NCBI GenBank assembly: GCA_964595865.1
Contig: CAZQRL010000006.1
Coordinates: 71,738 to 135,737 of the forward strand
Direction: 5' to 3'
From: an uncultured Chthoniobacteraceae bacterium
GTDB lineage: Bacteria > Verrucomicrobiota > Verrucomicrobiia > Chthoniobacterales > DYNR01
DNA: 64,000 nt
Shown one piece after another: positions 38,323-49,700 of this stretch (position 1 is the first letter of the stretch; the number at the start of each line of letters is the position of its first letter). The translations under genes and the position numbers were made by a program. The notes under the pieces were generated by a model, which did no database searches, was not told the origin of the DNA, and saw nothing but the letters and a program-made list of their open reading frames with translations.

Positions 38323-38434
38323 GTCAGTTGCTCCTGTCTGAACAGGCACACCCCTAGTTCTTCTAAGAAAAACTCCCCTCGGCCACGTGTGGAACCCCAC
38401 TGCGTTTGCGGGAGTCCCCCAAGACTGATTTAGC

Positions 38435-41400
38435 ATGACCTCCCCTCACCCAACGAAAACAATTCCGCGCAGCAGGATGTGGCTCTGGCCCATTCTGGTG
38501 TTGCTTTTGGCTGGGGCGGAACGGCTTTCGGCAGAGGCGATGCTGCAACTTTTCAATGTCAGTTGGTCGGAAGTGGCGCAGAAAATGCCCGAGTTAGCGG
38601 AGGCCGGATACTCTTCGCTCTGGTTGCCTCCGCCCACCAAAGGCAGTGGAGGACTCTCTGTGGGCTACGATTTGTGGGATCCCTTCGATCTCGGGAGCAT
38701 TGATCAGCGCAATACCGTTCGTACCCGTTACGGCACGGAAGCCGAGCTTTTGCACATGGTCGAAGTGGCGCACCGCTTCGGAATTCGCGTCTATTTTGAT
38801 AACATCATGAACCACCGGGCCTTCGATGTCCCGGGCTACAACGAAAACACGCCCATTGATATCTACCCCGGCATGGTGCCGGAGGATTTCCATCTTCGCA
38901 AAACTGAGGATGGCTTTTACCGCAAGTGGGACAATACCCGGGATTGGAACTCCACTTGGCAGGTGCAAAACTTAGGCCTTGCGGACCTTATTGACATCGC
39001 CCACGAGACCCCCAATGCCAACTTCGGTCCCACGGAGGGCTCGACGCACCCGAAAATCTCCTTCGTTCGCCAACCGAATAATCCGGAATATTACGACCGG
39101 CTACCCGATGGCACGTATGTCGGCTTCGGCCCGAACAATGGCATCACTCCCGCGATTATTGCCGCCAACCCCCAATTCTACACCGAGGACGTGAATGCCT
39201 ATCTCATTCGCGCCGCCCGTTGGTTGATGGACCGCACCAAGGCCGATGGCTTGCGTTTGGATGCGGTGAAGCACGTCCCGGATTACTTCTTCGGCCAACA
39301 AACCGGCAGCAACCGCAATAGCTCCAATGCCGGATACCTCGGCGGTGTCCAATGGCAATTTAACATGACCCGCGGCTTCTCCGATTGGGACAACCACCGC
39401 GATTCGGTCTTCGAAGACAAGGTTCCGCGGGATGACGCCCTGGTCTTCGGAGAGCACCTGGGCACCCCGCCCGGCTACTCTGGCTACTGGGATGCTGGAA
39501 TGCGGCTGGTGGATAATGACCTCCGCTCCAAGCTGAACGGCGTCCTCGGCAATCCGTGGGCTGGCCTGCAGGGACTCGATGCCCCCGGAGCAGGTGGCTT
39601 TCCCGCCGCCCTCGGTGTCACCCACGCCAATAGCCACGACAGTGACTACTCGGCGATGCGCCACCTGCAACATGCCATGTACTACACTCGCGAGGGGATC
39701 GGGCTGGTTTACAGCGATGGCTACTACAAAGCGGAGACCCTGGGCGAATCAGGTGGGGCCTTCCCGCGCCACGCCAATACCGCTTTCCTGGGCCAATTCG
39801 GCGATCCCCGCATCCCAAATCTTCTGCAAATTCATGAAAACTTTGCCCGCGGTCTGCAGCAGGGACTGTGGGCGGATAACGATTACCTGGCCTACGAGCG
39901 CCGGGATAATCGGCGCCCGGATGGCTCGGTGCGCTTCGGTACTGCTGCCGAAGACGTCACCATGGTTTTCATGATGAATGACAACTCGGCCTCCGGACAG
40001 GCGCGACCAATTGCCCACAGCTTCCCTGCGGGCGCTTATCTCTATCAATACGCTACCGGCCCCAATGGCTCGAACCAAGTCGGTTTCTATAAGTGGGGCA
40101 ACGAACTTGGTTCCACCGTCGTTCCGCCGGGCGGCTATTTTATCTTTGGCTATCGCACTCCCGAGCTTTCCACCCTGTGGCCCCAAGGAGCCATCACCCT
40201 TTACCAAAATGGTGTCGAGGTGAATCGTATCCGCGTCACACGCAAAGATGGTCCGGATGGCGATGCGGCTTTCAACCCTTATGGCTTGCCCAACCGCGGC
40301 TACCCATCGGGCCAGACTCCAGCTCCTTTTACCTACCAAACCACCATCCCAGTTGTAAAAGGAGGCGCCCCTCTGACCATTCTTGCTCGGGCGGATGGTT
40401 CTGCGGAAAACATCCTGCTCAAGCTGGACGGTGGGATTGATCTCAACGGCACTGTGCCCAGCGGCATTACCGATCCGGCCAAACGCGACAACCCACCCGC
40501 TCTGCGCACGGATACCTGGTTGGGCTACGAACAACCGACCTTCGTGGACCGGCAACATCCGGAAAAATTTGCCGCAGTGGATACTACGCGCTGCCAAATC
40601 GGGTCCCCAGGCGCCGAGACTTACACCAAGACCATTGGGGGAGGCTTCAGCATCAATCACGGCCCTACTGGTGCCAACAGCAGCTACGCTACCCATGGCG
40701 GGAATGTGCCATCTTGGGTTTTCCACGACCCCACTGGAGCTGTTGGGGGGCCCGAGGGGACAGCCGGAGTGGGAAGCCCCCAATTCACCGAAAACGCCAC
40801 CACCCTGCGCATTTGGGCAAAAAGTAACTCCGTCGGCGCCGGATTCAAAATGTTCGTTTACTACACGACGGATGGCTCCTTCCCCGAAGGAGCTGGCGGC
40901 ATCGGGCGTGGCACCACCCGGGTCGCCGAGATGAATTTCCAGCACAATCAGACGCCCGATGATTGGTGGGCCTCCGCAGCCATCGCCAAGCCCCCTGGCG
41001 GCACCACCTTCCGTTACAAAATCGGCCAATACAAAAACGGCCCCACGATCCAAAACTCTTGGTGGCCTGCCGATCCGGGCTCCGTCGCCTACAAAAAGAT
41101 GATGCTCACCACTTTCCGGGTGGCAGACTTCAACCCCGCCAACGTGCAGTATCACCTGCACAACGATTACAACTCTCTCACCACTGGGCTGCGGGAAGGC
41201 TTCCATGTTTTGCGCGCTAAAGCCCTCCTCAACCGCAACCCCAGCACCCAAGCCGCGCTCTACAACACCTTTACGCAGGTATTTTACTACGATGCCCAGA
41301 CCCCGCAGGGGCAAATCGCCTTCCCCGCTAACAACGGCGATACCCTTGGTGGTTCCAGCTATGAGATGGTCCTGCGCACCGACCATACGGTGCAGGAAGT

Positions 41401-44400
41401 CTGGTATCACATTGCCGACAGCGACTCTGGGAACAACGACAGCGTCACCGGCCAACCCAACGGCAACGGCGATGGGCCGGAGCCGTTCACCGATAGCAAC
41501 CGCAACGGCGTCCGCGATAGCAACGAACCGTATGTGGATTTGAACGCCAACGGTGTCTTCGATGCCTCCATGCCGCAAACTTGGGCCCGCGCCACCGAAG
41601 TCACTCCCAATCCCTCCGTGGTCAGCAGCCAGCCCCGCGAATGGCGCGTTCGCTACACCAACATCCCGCCAACCGGCAACGCCACAATCACCTTCCGCTT
41701 GCTCGAAGCCTCCTCCTCCCGCAATTTCACCCTCTCTCCCTCGGCTGGTCACTTCACCGAACTCACCCGCACCGTGCAAACCGCCGGCCCGCTGGAACGC
41801 ATCAACATCGCCTGGCCCCAGAACGATGGCGACCGCGTGGACGATAATTACGTTCTCAAGCTCTACTTCTCCAAAGCCCTGGCGGCCGGCACCTCCACAC
41901 CCGAGCTCCTACAACTTTTCACGCTTTTTGCTAATGGCCTCCCGCTCGCCCGCGATGGCTTCTCGATCAACTACGGCGATTTCGGCCCCGGCGGAAACTA
42001 CCACGAGCTCAGCATCCCCCTGCCCAACCTTTACAACGACGTGGCTGAGTTCCTACACGAGCTCAAAGTTGAATATCGCTTCCCCGCACCCGACAACCGC
42101 ATCCTACAGGCCTTCCGCCTCGTCCGGTTCAATCCTAGCACCAAGCCCTTTGTCCTCATCACCCAACCCGTCGAGCTCGGCTCCGATGGACGCCCGGTTG
42201 AAATTGTCCTTCCCGACGGCCCTGGGCCCGACGAGCTAATCTACACCATCCGTGTCAACTCCAGTGCCACCGTCGCCGCCGTCAATCTCTCGGGCTCGCC
42301 GACCTTGGACTTGCTCAACGAACCCTTCACCGACGCCAATGCCAACAGCGCCTACGATCCGGGTGAGTCCTTCACCGATACCAACGGAAATGGCGCTTGG
42401 GATGGCCCCACCGTAACGCTGTCAGGAAATAGCAAAATCTGGGACTTCCCCTGGCGTATCACCTCCCCGGGCAGCTACCTCCTCACGGCCTCGACACCCG
42501 GACCAGATCCCGTCATCACCACTCGCTCCGCCCGGGTGATCCAACGCCAGATCGTTGCCACGGATGCAAATGAATTCAACGACGATGATCATGACGGCCT
42601 GCTGGATTTCGATGAATCCACACCGAAACCCTTGCCGACCACCAACGCGGAAACTTGGACCAATGGCGATGTGCATGTGCACTTTGCCTACGGGCGCACC
42701 CAGCCCAACACGCCGGATACCGATGGCGATGGCCTTCCCGATGCTTTGGAAGTCGGCTGGCGCACTGCCGGCAACGCCACCAACACCTCGGTGGATACCA
42801 ACGGAGACGGTTTCCCGAATTTCCTCGGCGACCTCGACCCGCCTTTCTACGCCGTTCTGGAAAATCATGGGTTCGTCCCCGGCGTTGGGAGTGCCAGCCA
42901 AGGAGATAATCGCACCCGCCAAGCGGCAGGCTCCGTCACTGACCCGACCAATCCAGACACCGACGGGGATGGCATTCCCGATGGGGTTGAAGATGCCAAC
43001 CGCAACGGCTGGGTGGATGGGGACGGTCTGCCCATGCCCCGCACAGCCACCCGCTCCCAATACGCCACCCACCGGCCAAACGTGGGCGACTGGCCCAACA
43101 ACGTGCGCGATTCTTGGGAAACCTGGCAGGAAACCAGCCCGACCAAAGCAGACTCCGATGAGGATGGTCTCCTCGATGGCTTCGGCGAGGATAAAAACTT
43201 CAACGGACGGATTGATGGCGACACCAACAACAACCGCATTTACGATGCCGGTGAAGCCTGGACCGAGACCGATCCCCTCAAGGCGGATACCGATGGCGAT
43301 GGCCTGCCTGATGGTTGGGAAGTTTCCCACGGGCTCGACCCGCTCGACAATGGCACCGACAATCTGCGCACTGCCGCCGCCAATGACGGCAATCCCAGCC
43401 AAGGAGCCAACGGCGATCCCGACGGCGATGGTTTTACCAACGCGCAAGAACTGGCCGCCGGCACGCACCCCACGCAGACCAATGTCATTGGCGGCGGCGG
43501 CGGTGAGGGCACAGTCAATATCGGCACCTTCACCGATTGGACCCACCAAGACCTTCTGGCTCTGGATGAATACAACGAAGGCGGCAGCCAAGGAGCCGAC
43601 GTCTTCCGGACGAATAACTTTGATTCCAGCCGTGACATCGTCGCGTTTTCCTTCCGTGATGGCGGTGCGGTGGCCGACCAAGGGGACGGTCAGCTATACT
43701 TCCGGGTGGATTTCCACGATTTGGCCGTTCTTGCCGAACAAGGTGAGGTAGATGTTTACATCGTCATTGATACTGGCAATCCGGCTGTTGGGGAACGGGC
43801 GTTGCCGGATAATTTGGACATCGCCACCGACATGCGCTGGGAAGTGGTGGTCGGAGCCTACTCGACAAATAGCGGCAGCGTCTCGGTGGATTTGAATCGC
43901 AGCCTCAATTCCACCTCTTTCACCAACAATCCTTACAGCTTCGGAGTCGAACGCCGCGGGATCGCTGCGAACGGCCTCACGGCGATTGCCTGGTCGAATG
44001 TTTACGACGCGGTGGAAATCGCCGTCAGTCGCCAAGCCCTATTGGATGCCGGTTGGCTCGGGGACCCCAATACCCTGAACTTCCAGGTCTTTACCACCCG
44101 CGATGGCACCCAGTCCGGCGGTCCCGGCGATCTCCCGGGCCGCAATGACATCCGCGACACCATCGGCGATGATTGGTTGGCTTCGGACTACTGGAAAGAT
44201 CAGGATAATATCCGGCTCAATGGGAAGTTGACCCAATTCTTTGGACGTTCCTCCTCGAATGACCGCGGAAAATCTGCCAAAGTCATGCTTCTGGCTCATG
44301 GTAACCAAGCCATCCAGCCTGGCAGCGTCACCCAGAGCCTCATTTCCAATAATGGGACCGGTTACCTCCGCCTTCTTCAGACCCATGAGGCTTATCACGC

Positions 44401-46705
44401 TCCCCTCACCCTGCACCTGACAGCCACAACAGCCTCTGCCCTGCAGTGGGCGAAAAATCCGACCCCCGGTGCCAGCAACGATGGTCCTTCTTTCAATACC
44501 CGGTTGGCATACCTCCTGGGTAATGGGCGCGCCTCGCTGCTCGGCTCTACCTTCTCCGATCATGTGCCCAAATACTTCCCGCTAGCCTACAACGCGGCAA
44601 ATGTGGCCTTAGCCAATCAATTCCTCGACACCATCTACGGCAACGGCGCCAGCACCGCTTCCCGCAAAGCTTTCTGGGCTCCGGAACGGGTCCTGGATTC
44701 TACTTCCTTGGCGCAAATTGCCGCCCTTGGCTACACCCATACCTTTGCGGATCAAACTCGGCATTTTGTGAAGTGGTTCGGTCGCACCTCGGCCCTGGGC
44801 ACCGATGGCTTCCGGATCAACCAGGTCAATGGGGTGAAAATCTTCCCGATCCATGATTTCACTTCCGAATACCTCGACCAGGTCCGCGACGGCGGCTCCG
44901 CCCTGCCAGTGCGCGAACTCCTCTCCCGTCGGGCCCGCAGCCACATCCAAGACCAGTTGGTCGTTCTCTGGCGCGACCTTGGTGATTTCGCCAGTGCCTC
45001 TCGCGCCAATTCTTACGAGGCCAACGTGCGCTGGCTTTCCAGCCGCCCCTGGATTCGTGTGGTGACGGCCGATGACATCATTGAGCAACGGGTGGCCTAC
45101 CGCGGGCAGGACGGAAACACCTACACCAATTGGGGCACCGTGCAACGGGGCAACGGGCTCTCCTTGGTGCAAACCGCCAAGGACTGGATAGACCACGCCA
45201 CCCAAGAAAACTACGACAATTGGTATTTCGGCTCAGCTTTCGAAGAAGGTTTGGCTCCGCGCACCTTTGGCGCTTTACAGCCTTTCGGCCAAGTCGGCGT
45301 CTCCGGTCATAGCCATGCGACTTGGCAGAACCTAACGAATGTCGGTCTCTACCCCGGCCTGGCCCCGCTGGCAGGTAGCGCTTTCCACGCCGCTATGTTC
45401 CAGACTGCCTTCCACAACACCACGAATAACAACCTCAGCAAATTCAGCACAGGCGCCTACATCTTCCCAGATACCGATGCCGGGCAGACCCTCGCCGGGT
45501 TCGCCCGACAGGCCCAGTCCCAGGCGCGCTTTGCCAATGTTTTTGCGCGAGTGCAACAATGGGCTGCAAATGCCACCTCGTCCACCCTCGGCACCGAAGC
45601 GGTGGATGTGGACCTCGACGGCCAGCCCGAATATCTCCTCTATAACAGCCGTATCTTCGCTCTCTTTAAGGCCAAAGGCGGACGCATGACGGCTGCCTGG
45701 ATGCGGAATCCCTCCAACGGCAAAATCTGGCAGGTGGCGGGCAATTTTGCCTCCGCCAGCGGCAGCGATACCGATGACGAGGGAGCGTCGTCGGTTATCG
45801 GCAGCGGCCCGGCTGTGAACGCCCACCGCACTAGCGGCTTCAAGGACTGGTGGGTGGTAAACACCTCCAATGCTGGCAGCAATGCCCAGGTGAACGCCAA
45901 TTACACGGTGCAATCGGCTCCCGGCGCCACAGGCTGGACCTTCAGCCATGGCGGTGTCAGCAAGACCATACGGTTGCCCCATGCCGCCTCAGAGCGCCTC
46001 GAGGCCACCTACCAGCTCAGCGGGCTTTCCCGAGCTTATGTGCGCTTTGGGCTCTCTCCCAACCTCCTCGACCTGCTCCTCCGCGGGCAAACCGGCCTCT
46101 CCGAATCCTTCCCCTCCTCCACTCGCGTCAATGTGACCAACGTTGGTCCCCTGGATACCGTCCGCGCCTGGGTAGAGGGGCCGAGCATCAATTCCAGCGC
46201 GAGCGATTCCGCCCCTGCCATCTTCACCACCGTCGCCCGCCGGAACCAAGCTCAAACCAACCAGGTGGAAGTCGAACTGGTCGGGCCCGGACCGCATGTC
46301 ATCACCCTTGGCTTCGATCAGGGCAGCGATTTGGTCCACACCGATACCGATGGCAACGGCCTCGGCGATAGTTGGGAAATGGCGCATTTCGGTAGCTTGG
46401 GAAATTCCGCCACGGGCGATCCGGATGGTGATGGCCTCACCAACCTCCAAGAATATCTCTTCAACTCCAATCCCCACTCCGCCGCCAGTGGTCGGCCGAC
46501 TACGACCCTCAGCCAATCGGAAGCCGGCTTCTTCTTTACCTTCCCCACTCATACAGGACGCCTCTACCAACCTCAGTCCTCAGATAATCTCAGCACTTGG
46601 ACCGATCTGGGCCCGCGCCTCCCGGGCACCGGAAACGAGCAGACAGTCCTCGATCCCAGCCCGGGCCAACGCCGCTTCTACCGCGTGCTCATTTCGACTC
46701 CGTAA
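38435..46705 (+). CDS. Giant secreted multimodular alpha-glucan-active enzyme (GH13 + GH57 + DUF1926-like + Ca-binding repeats)
   Basis: Signal peptide; GH13 regions DNIMNH, GLRLDAVKH, FGEH, HANSHD; GH57-like HGNQ, FWAPER, WRDLGDF; DVDLDGQPEYLLYN beta-sandwich; many DxDGDG repeats. Confidence 0.85.
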   Translation: MTSPHPTKTIPRSRMWLWPILVLLLAGAERLSAEAMLQLFNVSWSEVAQKMPELAEAGYSSLWLPPPTKGSGGLSVGYDLWDPFDLGSIDQRNTVRTRYGTEAELLHMVEVAHRFGIRVYFDNIMNHRAFDVPGYNENTPIDIYPGMVPEDFHLRKTEDGFYRKWDNTRDWNSTWQVQNLGLADLIDIAHETPNANFGPTEGSTHPKISFVRQPNNPEYYDRLPDGTYVGFGPNNGITPAIIAANPQFYTEDVNAYLIRAARWLMDRTKADGLRLDAVKHVPDYFFGQQTGSNRNSSNAGYLGGVQWQFNMTRGFSDWDNHRDSVFEDKVPRDDALVFGEHLGTPPGYSGYWDAGMRLVDNDLRSKLNGVLGNPWAGLQGLDAPGAGGFPAALGVTHANSHDSDYSAMRHLQHAMYYTREGIGLVYSDGYYKAETLGESGGAFPRHANTAFLGQFGDPRIPNLLQIHENFARGLQQGLWADNDYLAYERRDNRRPDGSVRFGTAAEDVTMVFMMNDNSASGQARPIAHSFPAGAYLYQYATGPNGSNQVGFYKWGNELGSTVVPPGGYFIFGYRTPELSTLWPQGAITLYQNGVEVNRIRVTRKDGPDGDAAFNPYGLPNRGYPSGQTPAPFTYQTTIPVVKGGAPLTILARADGSAENILLKLDGGIDLNGTVPSGITDPAKRDNPPALRTDTWLGYEQPTFVDRQHPEKFAAVDTTRCQIGSPGAETYTKTIGGGFSINHGPTGANSSYATHGGNVPSWVFHDPTGAVGGPEGTAGVGSPQFTENATTLRIWAKSNSVGAGFKMFVYYTTDGSFPEGAGGIGRGTTRVAEMNFQHNQTPDDWWASAAIAKPPGGTTFRYKIGQYKNGPTIQNSWWPADPGSVAYKKMMLTTFRVADFNPANVQYHLHNDYNSLTTGLREGFHVLRAKALLNRNPSTQAALYNTFTQVFYYDAQTPQGQIAFPANNGDTLGGSSYEMVLRTDHTVQEVWYHIADSDSGNNDSVTGQPNGNGDGPEPFTDSNRNGVRDSNEPYVDLNANGVFDASMPQTWARATEVTPNPSVVSSQPREWRVRYTNIPPTGNATITFRLLEASSSRNFTLSPSAGHFTELTRTVQTAGPLERINIAWPQNDGDRVDDNYVLKLYFSKALAAGTSTPELLQLFTLFANGLPLARDGFSINYGDFGPGGNYHELSIPLPNLYNDVAEFLHELKVEYRFPAPDNRILQAFRLVRFNPSTKPFVLITQPVELGSDGRPVEIVLPDGPGPDELIYTIRVNSSATVAAVNLSGSPTLDLLNEPFTDANANSAYDPGESFTDTNGNGAWDGPTVTLSGNSKIWDFPWRITSPGSYLLTASTPGPDPVITTRSARVIQRQIVATDANEFNDDDHDGLLDFDESTPKPLPTTNAETWTNGDVHVHFAYGRTQPNTPDTDGDGLPDALEVGWRTAGNATNTSVDTNGDGFPNFLGDLDPPFYAVLENHGFVPGVGSASQGDNRTRQAAGSVTDPTNPDTDGDGIPDGVEDANRNGWVDGDGLPMPRTATRSQYATHRPNVGDWPNNVRDSWETWQETSPTKADSDEDGLLDGFGEDKNFNGRIDGDTNNNRIYDAGEAWTETDPLKADTDGDGLPDGWEVSHGLDPLDNGTDNLRTAAANDGNPSQGANGDPDGDGFTNAQELAAGTHPTQTNVIGGGGGEGTVNIGTFTDWTHQDLLALDEYNEGGSQGADVFRTNNFDSSRDIVAFSFRDGGAVADQGDGQLYFRVDFHDLAVLAEQGEVDVYIVIDTGNPAVGERALPDNLDIATDMRWEVVVGAYSTNSGSVSVDLNRSLNSTSFTNNPYSFGVERRGIAANGLTAIAWSNVYDAVEIAVSRQALLDAGWLGDPNTLNFQVFTTRDGTQSGGPGDLPGRNDIRDTIGDDWLASDYWKDQDNIRLNGKLTQFFGRSSSNDRGKSAKVMLLAHGNQAIQPGSVTQSLISNNGTGYLRLLQTHEAYHAPLTLHLTATTASALQWAKNPTPGASNDGPSFNTRLAYLLGNGRASLLGSTFSDHVPKYFPLAYNAANVALANQFLDTIYGNGASTASRKAFWAPERVLDSTSLAQIAALGYTHTFADQTRHFVKWFGRTSALGTDGFRINQVNGVKIFPIHDFTSEYLDQVRDGGSALPVRELLSRRARSHIQDQLVVLWRDLGDFASASRANSYEANVRWLSSRPWIRVVTADDIIEQRVAYRGQDGNTYTNWGTVQRGNGLSLVQTAKDWIDHATQENYDNWYFGSAFEEGLAPRTFGALQPFGQVGVSGHSHATWQNLTNVGLYPGLAPLAGSAFHAAMFQTAFHNTTNNNLSKFSTGAYIFPDTDAGQTLAGFARQAQSQARFANVFARVQQWAANATSSTLGTEAVDVDLDGQPEYLLYNSRIFALFKAKGGRMTAAWMRNPSNGKIWQVAGNFASASGSDTDDEGASSVIGSGPAVNAHRTSGFKDWWVVNTSNAGSNAQVNANYTVQSAPGATGWTFSHGGVSKTIRLPHAASERLEATYQLSGLSRAYVRFGLSPNLLDLLLRGQTGLSESFPSSTRVNVTNVGPLDTVRAWVEGPSINSSASDSAPAIFTTVARRNQAQTNQVEVELVGPGPHVITLGFDQGSDLVHTDTDGNGLGDSWEMAHFGSLGNSATGDPDGDGLTNLQEYLFNSNPHSAASGRPTTTLSQSEAGFFFTFPTHTGRLYQPQSSDNLSTWTDLGPRLPGTGNEQTVLDPSPGQRRFYRVLISTP
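41470..43470 (+). repeat. Asp-rich calcium-binding (thrombospondin type-3-like) peptide repeats within the giant enzyme
   Basis: EPFTDSNRNG, EPFTDANANSAYDPGESFTDTNGNG, DTDGDGLPD (x2), DTDGDGIPD, DSDEDGLLD, DPDGDGFTN; further copies at about 46340-46450. Bounds approximate. Confidence 0.75.
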
Positions 46706-46720
46706 CTTTTCTGCAAGACC

Positions 46721-49700
46721 ATGCGAAACCATCCCTCTCTCCCTCTACGACTCCCATCCCTGGGCTTTTTGAGTCTTTTGGTGTTTTGCCTCTTGGCCCT
46801 GCCCCTGCAGGCCCAGCTCGCCAATGTCTGGCACCTCCCGGCGAATACCCAAAATGGCATTCCCGCCACCATGCGCGACCCAGTCAATCCCACGCCCAAT
46901 TCCAACACCACTTTCTACCAAGGCGTCTGGAAAGGTGAGGGTGCCAACCAAACCGGTGGTTGGCTCATTTATCGCATCAACGGGGGATCCTGGCAGTCAC
47001 AGACCCTCAGCTTTCACTCCAATGTCAATGAGAACACCCAGAATCACAATCAATTCTGGAAGGCCTCCTTTGTGGTTCCCGCTACCGCCGGAGCGCAGGT
47101 AGAGTATTATTTCAAAACTACTTTCAGCAACCGCTCCGATACCTACCTCTACGGCAACAATCAGGCCACAGGGACGGAATCGGTAGCTCAAGCCTCTCCG
47201 ACCAGCTTCACCGTTGCCTATCCACCCCCCTCTCTCACCGTCAACGGCATCAACGCCAACTACTCCAAGAGCAATTTCTACATTGATGAAATCCGCGACA
47301 GCGTTTTCCCGCAGCTGAATATCGTTTTTCAACCCAACATGGGCAATCTCACGGCGGTGGAGGTTTTCACCAACCTTAACAACCGTGAGCGCGCCAATCA
47401 GGACTACAACAACGACGGACGCGAGGACGGCATTATCCCGCCCGATGGAAACTTAATCACCACCGCGGATACCGGAGCTTATTTCCGTGCCTACGCCATG
47501 CAGAATCAGGGCAATGGCACCTTTACTCTCACGCTGCCAGTGCAAAAAACCGGCGCCTACCGGCTCACCGCGCGTTTCAAAGTGAGTGGAAATCCGAATT
47601 GGATTTGGGTTGGCAGCAGTGGGTTCAGAGACCACGCCATTGTCGTAGCACCGAAAATTGCCCGCGACATGCGCATGTATGAATTGCATGTCACTAATGC
47701 CAACGCCTCCGGCCCAACGTTTGCGCAGCGCGGAACGTTTGAAGATTTGCACGATCCCACCAAGCGCGTGAACTTACAATGGCTCACTAACCTCGGAATC
47801 AACTGGATTTGGTTCCAGCCTTTCCACCCCCAAGGGCTCGAGGGGCGTCAGACCGATCCAGCGACCAGCCAACCCTACGATCCAGGCAGCCCTTATTCGA
47901 TTCGCAATTTCTGGGAAATCAACCCCCTCTACACCCGCAACTACAATGGTTCCCTGCCCAATCCGGTGTCAAACCCGACAAACTACGCCGCGGCCATGAC
48001 CGCGTTTGCGAACTTTGCCGCCGCTTCCGATCAGGCTGGAGTGCAGCTCATGCTCGACTTCCCCTTCAACCATACCGCTCCCGATGTTGTCTTGGGACAG
48101 AAGGGGGTGGAGATTTTTGCTGCTCCAGGTAACCCGGGCAATTGGCAGCCTGGCGACCTCATTCGCAATCGCGTGCCACAATTTTTCTCCACGGACGGCG
48201 GGGAAGGCCCCGCGGCTTACAGTGCTCCAGCCAATAGTGCCAATCGCATTGCCGTGGCTCCGGATCGAGATGACTTCGGCAAATGGGATGATGTCCGGGA
48301 TGTGTTCTTCGGCCGTTATGCCACCTTAGTCACGGGCTATCCCGGGCCAGAAATCAGCCGCGCCACAGTGCGCAACGAAGGCGACTGGATAGACTACAGC
48401 AGCCTGGGCAACGCCACCATTGGGGTCTGGCGTTACTTCGGTGAGGTTCTTCCCTACTGGCTGCAGCAGTCTGGACACCGTGGGTTCAACTCTACACCAG
48501 CGGATGGAAATGCTGCAGTGCGGGAGGCGCTCGATCTGGCTGGGATTGATGGATTGCGTAAGGACTTCGGCCAGGGACTTCCGCCGCAGTGCATGGAATA
48601 CATCATCAACCGCACTCACAGCGTGAAGTGGAACTTCGTTTTCATGACCGAAAGCCTTGACGGTGGCGAAGTCACCTACCGCTCCAGCAGGCACTTTGCC
48701 GTGCTTAATGAAAACATCGTTTTTCCTCTCCAAGCCGCCACGACGACTTCGGGTTATCGGAGCGTCTTTCAAGACCGCACCACGGCTTACGGTGACAGCC
48801 TTGTCCTCCTCAATAACACCTCACACGATGAGACTCCCTACAGTGACTCTTGGCAGGCTTTGATCCGTTACGCCACGGTCAGCACAAACGCTGGCTCGCC
48901 GATGATTATGTATGGCCAGGAAATTGGTGCCGGGACAAAGTTCCAAAACTCTTTGCCCCAGGGTGCTTTCGATTGGTATGAGCAGAACTTCGGCAAAGAT
49001 ATTCCACATTTCAAAAAGTGGAACTCCCTACAGCCGCAGTGGAATGCCTGGGATAACAATGCGTTCGGAGTGCAATTTCTCTACCCGGTTTATTCCGGGA
49101 TCGGCATGGCCCGGGCCTTCAGCCCCGCTTTGCGTTCCTCGCATCGGTGGTTCCTCAACCGTCAATCCGATAACCAGCCGAATCAGCAAATTTTCTCTGT
49201 GGCCAAATACAGCCAGCCCAACGCTCCGCTGCCGCAGCAAGATGTGGTTCTGGCCTTCACCAATCTCAACCGCAATGCAACTAGCGCAGATACCTTCCGA
49301 ATCCCCCAAGCCCTAGCAGATCTCATGGGGCTGAGAAATTCGGCCAATCGTACCTACAACGTGAAAAATATTGCCGCCTATCTTGGGCGAAATAATGAGC
49401 ATCCCGGTCGGCGCAGCCAATGGCTCTGGGGTAGCGGCCGCACCGGTTCCGATATTGTCAGCAACGGGGTATATGTCTCTTTGAACCCTGTTCCGACAAC
49501 GGATGGTGCCTGGGCCACTCACCCCTACGAAGCGCAGTTCCTCAAAGTTTATGATGTCACTCCGCTGCCCGCACCGAGTGCGCCGCCGCAGGTCGAAGCC
49601 TATGCCTTGGATGGGAATGTGACCTTCTCTTGGAGCCCGGTCACCGATCCCGAAGGCCTGCAACCCCTCTACAAACTCACCCTCACTCGCAGTGATAACG

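Noticed and set aside
41470-43470. DNA repeats (gatggcgatggc-like) as a CRISPR or tandem array
   Set aside because: They are in-frame degenerate DxDGDG codons with irregular spacing inside a CDS.
39749-43751. Long overlapping ORFs on other frames (39749-41779, 42422-43681, 42555-43751)
   Set aside because: They are shadows of the GC-rich giant GH gene, with no recognisable motifs. The same applies to 26423-27883, 29624-30931 and most other overlapping ORFs in the track.
46700-46725. Readthrough or frameshift fusing the two GH genes
   Set aside because: Different frames, a clean TAA, and the second gene has its own signal peptide.
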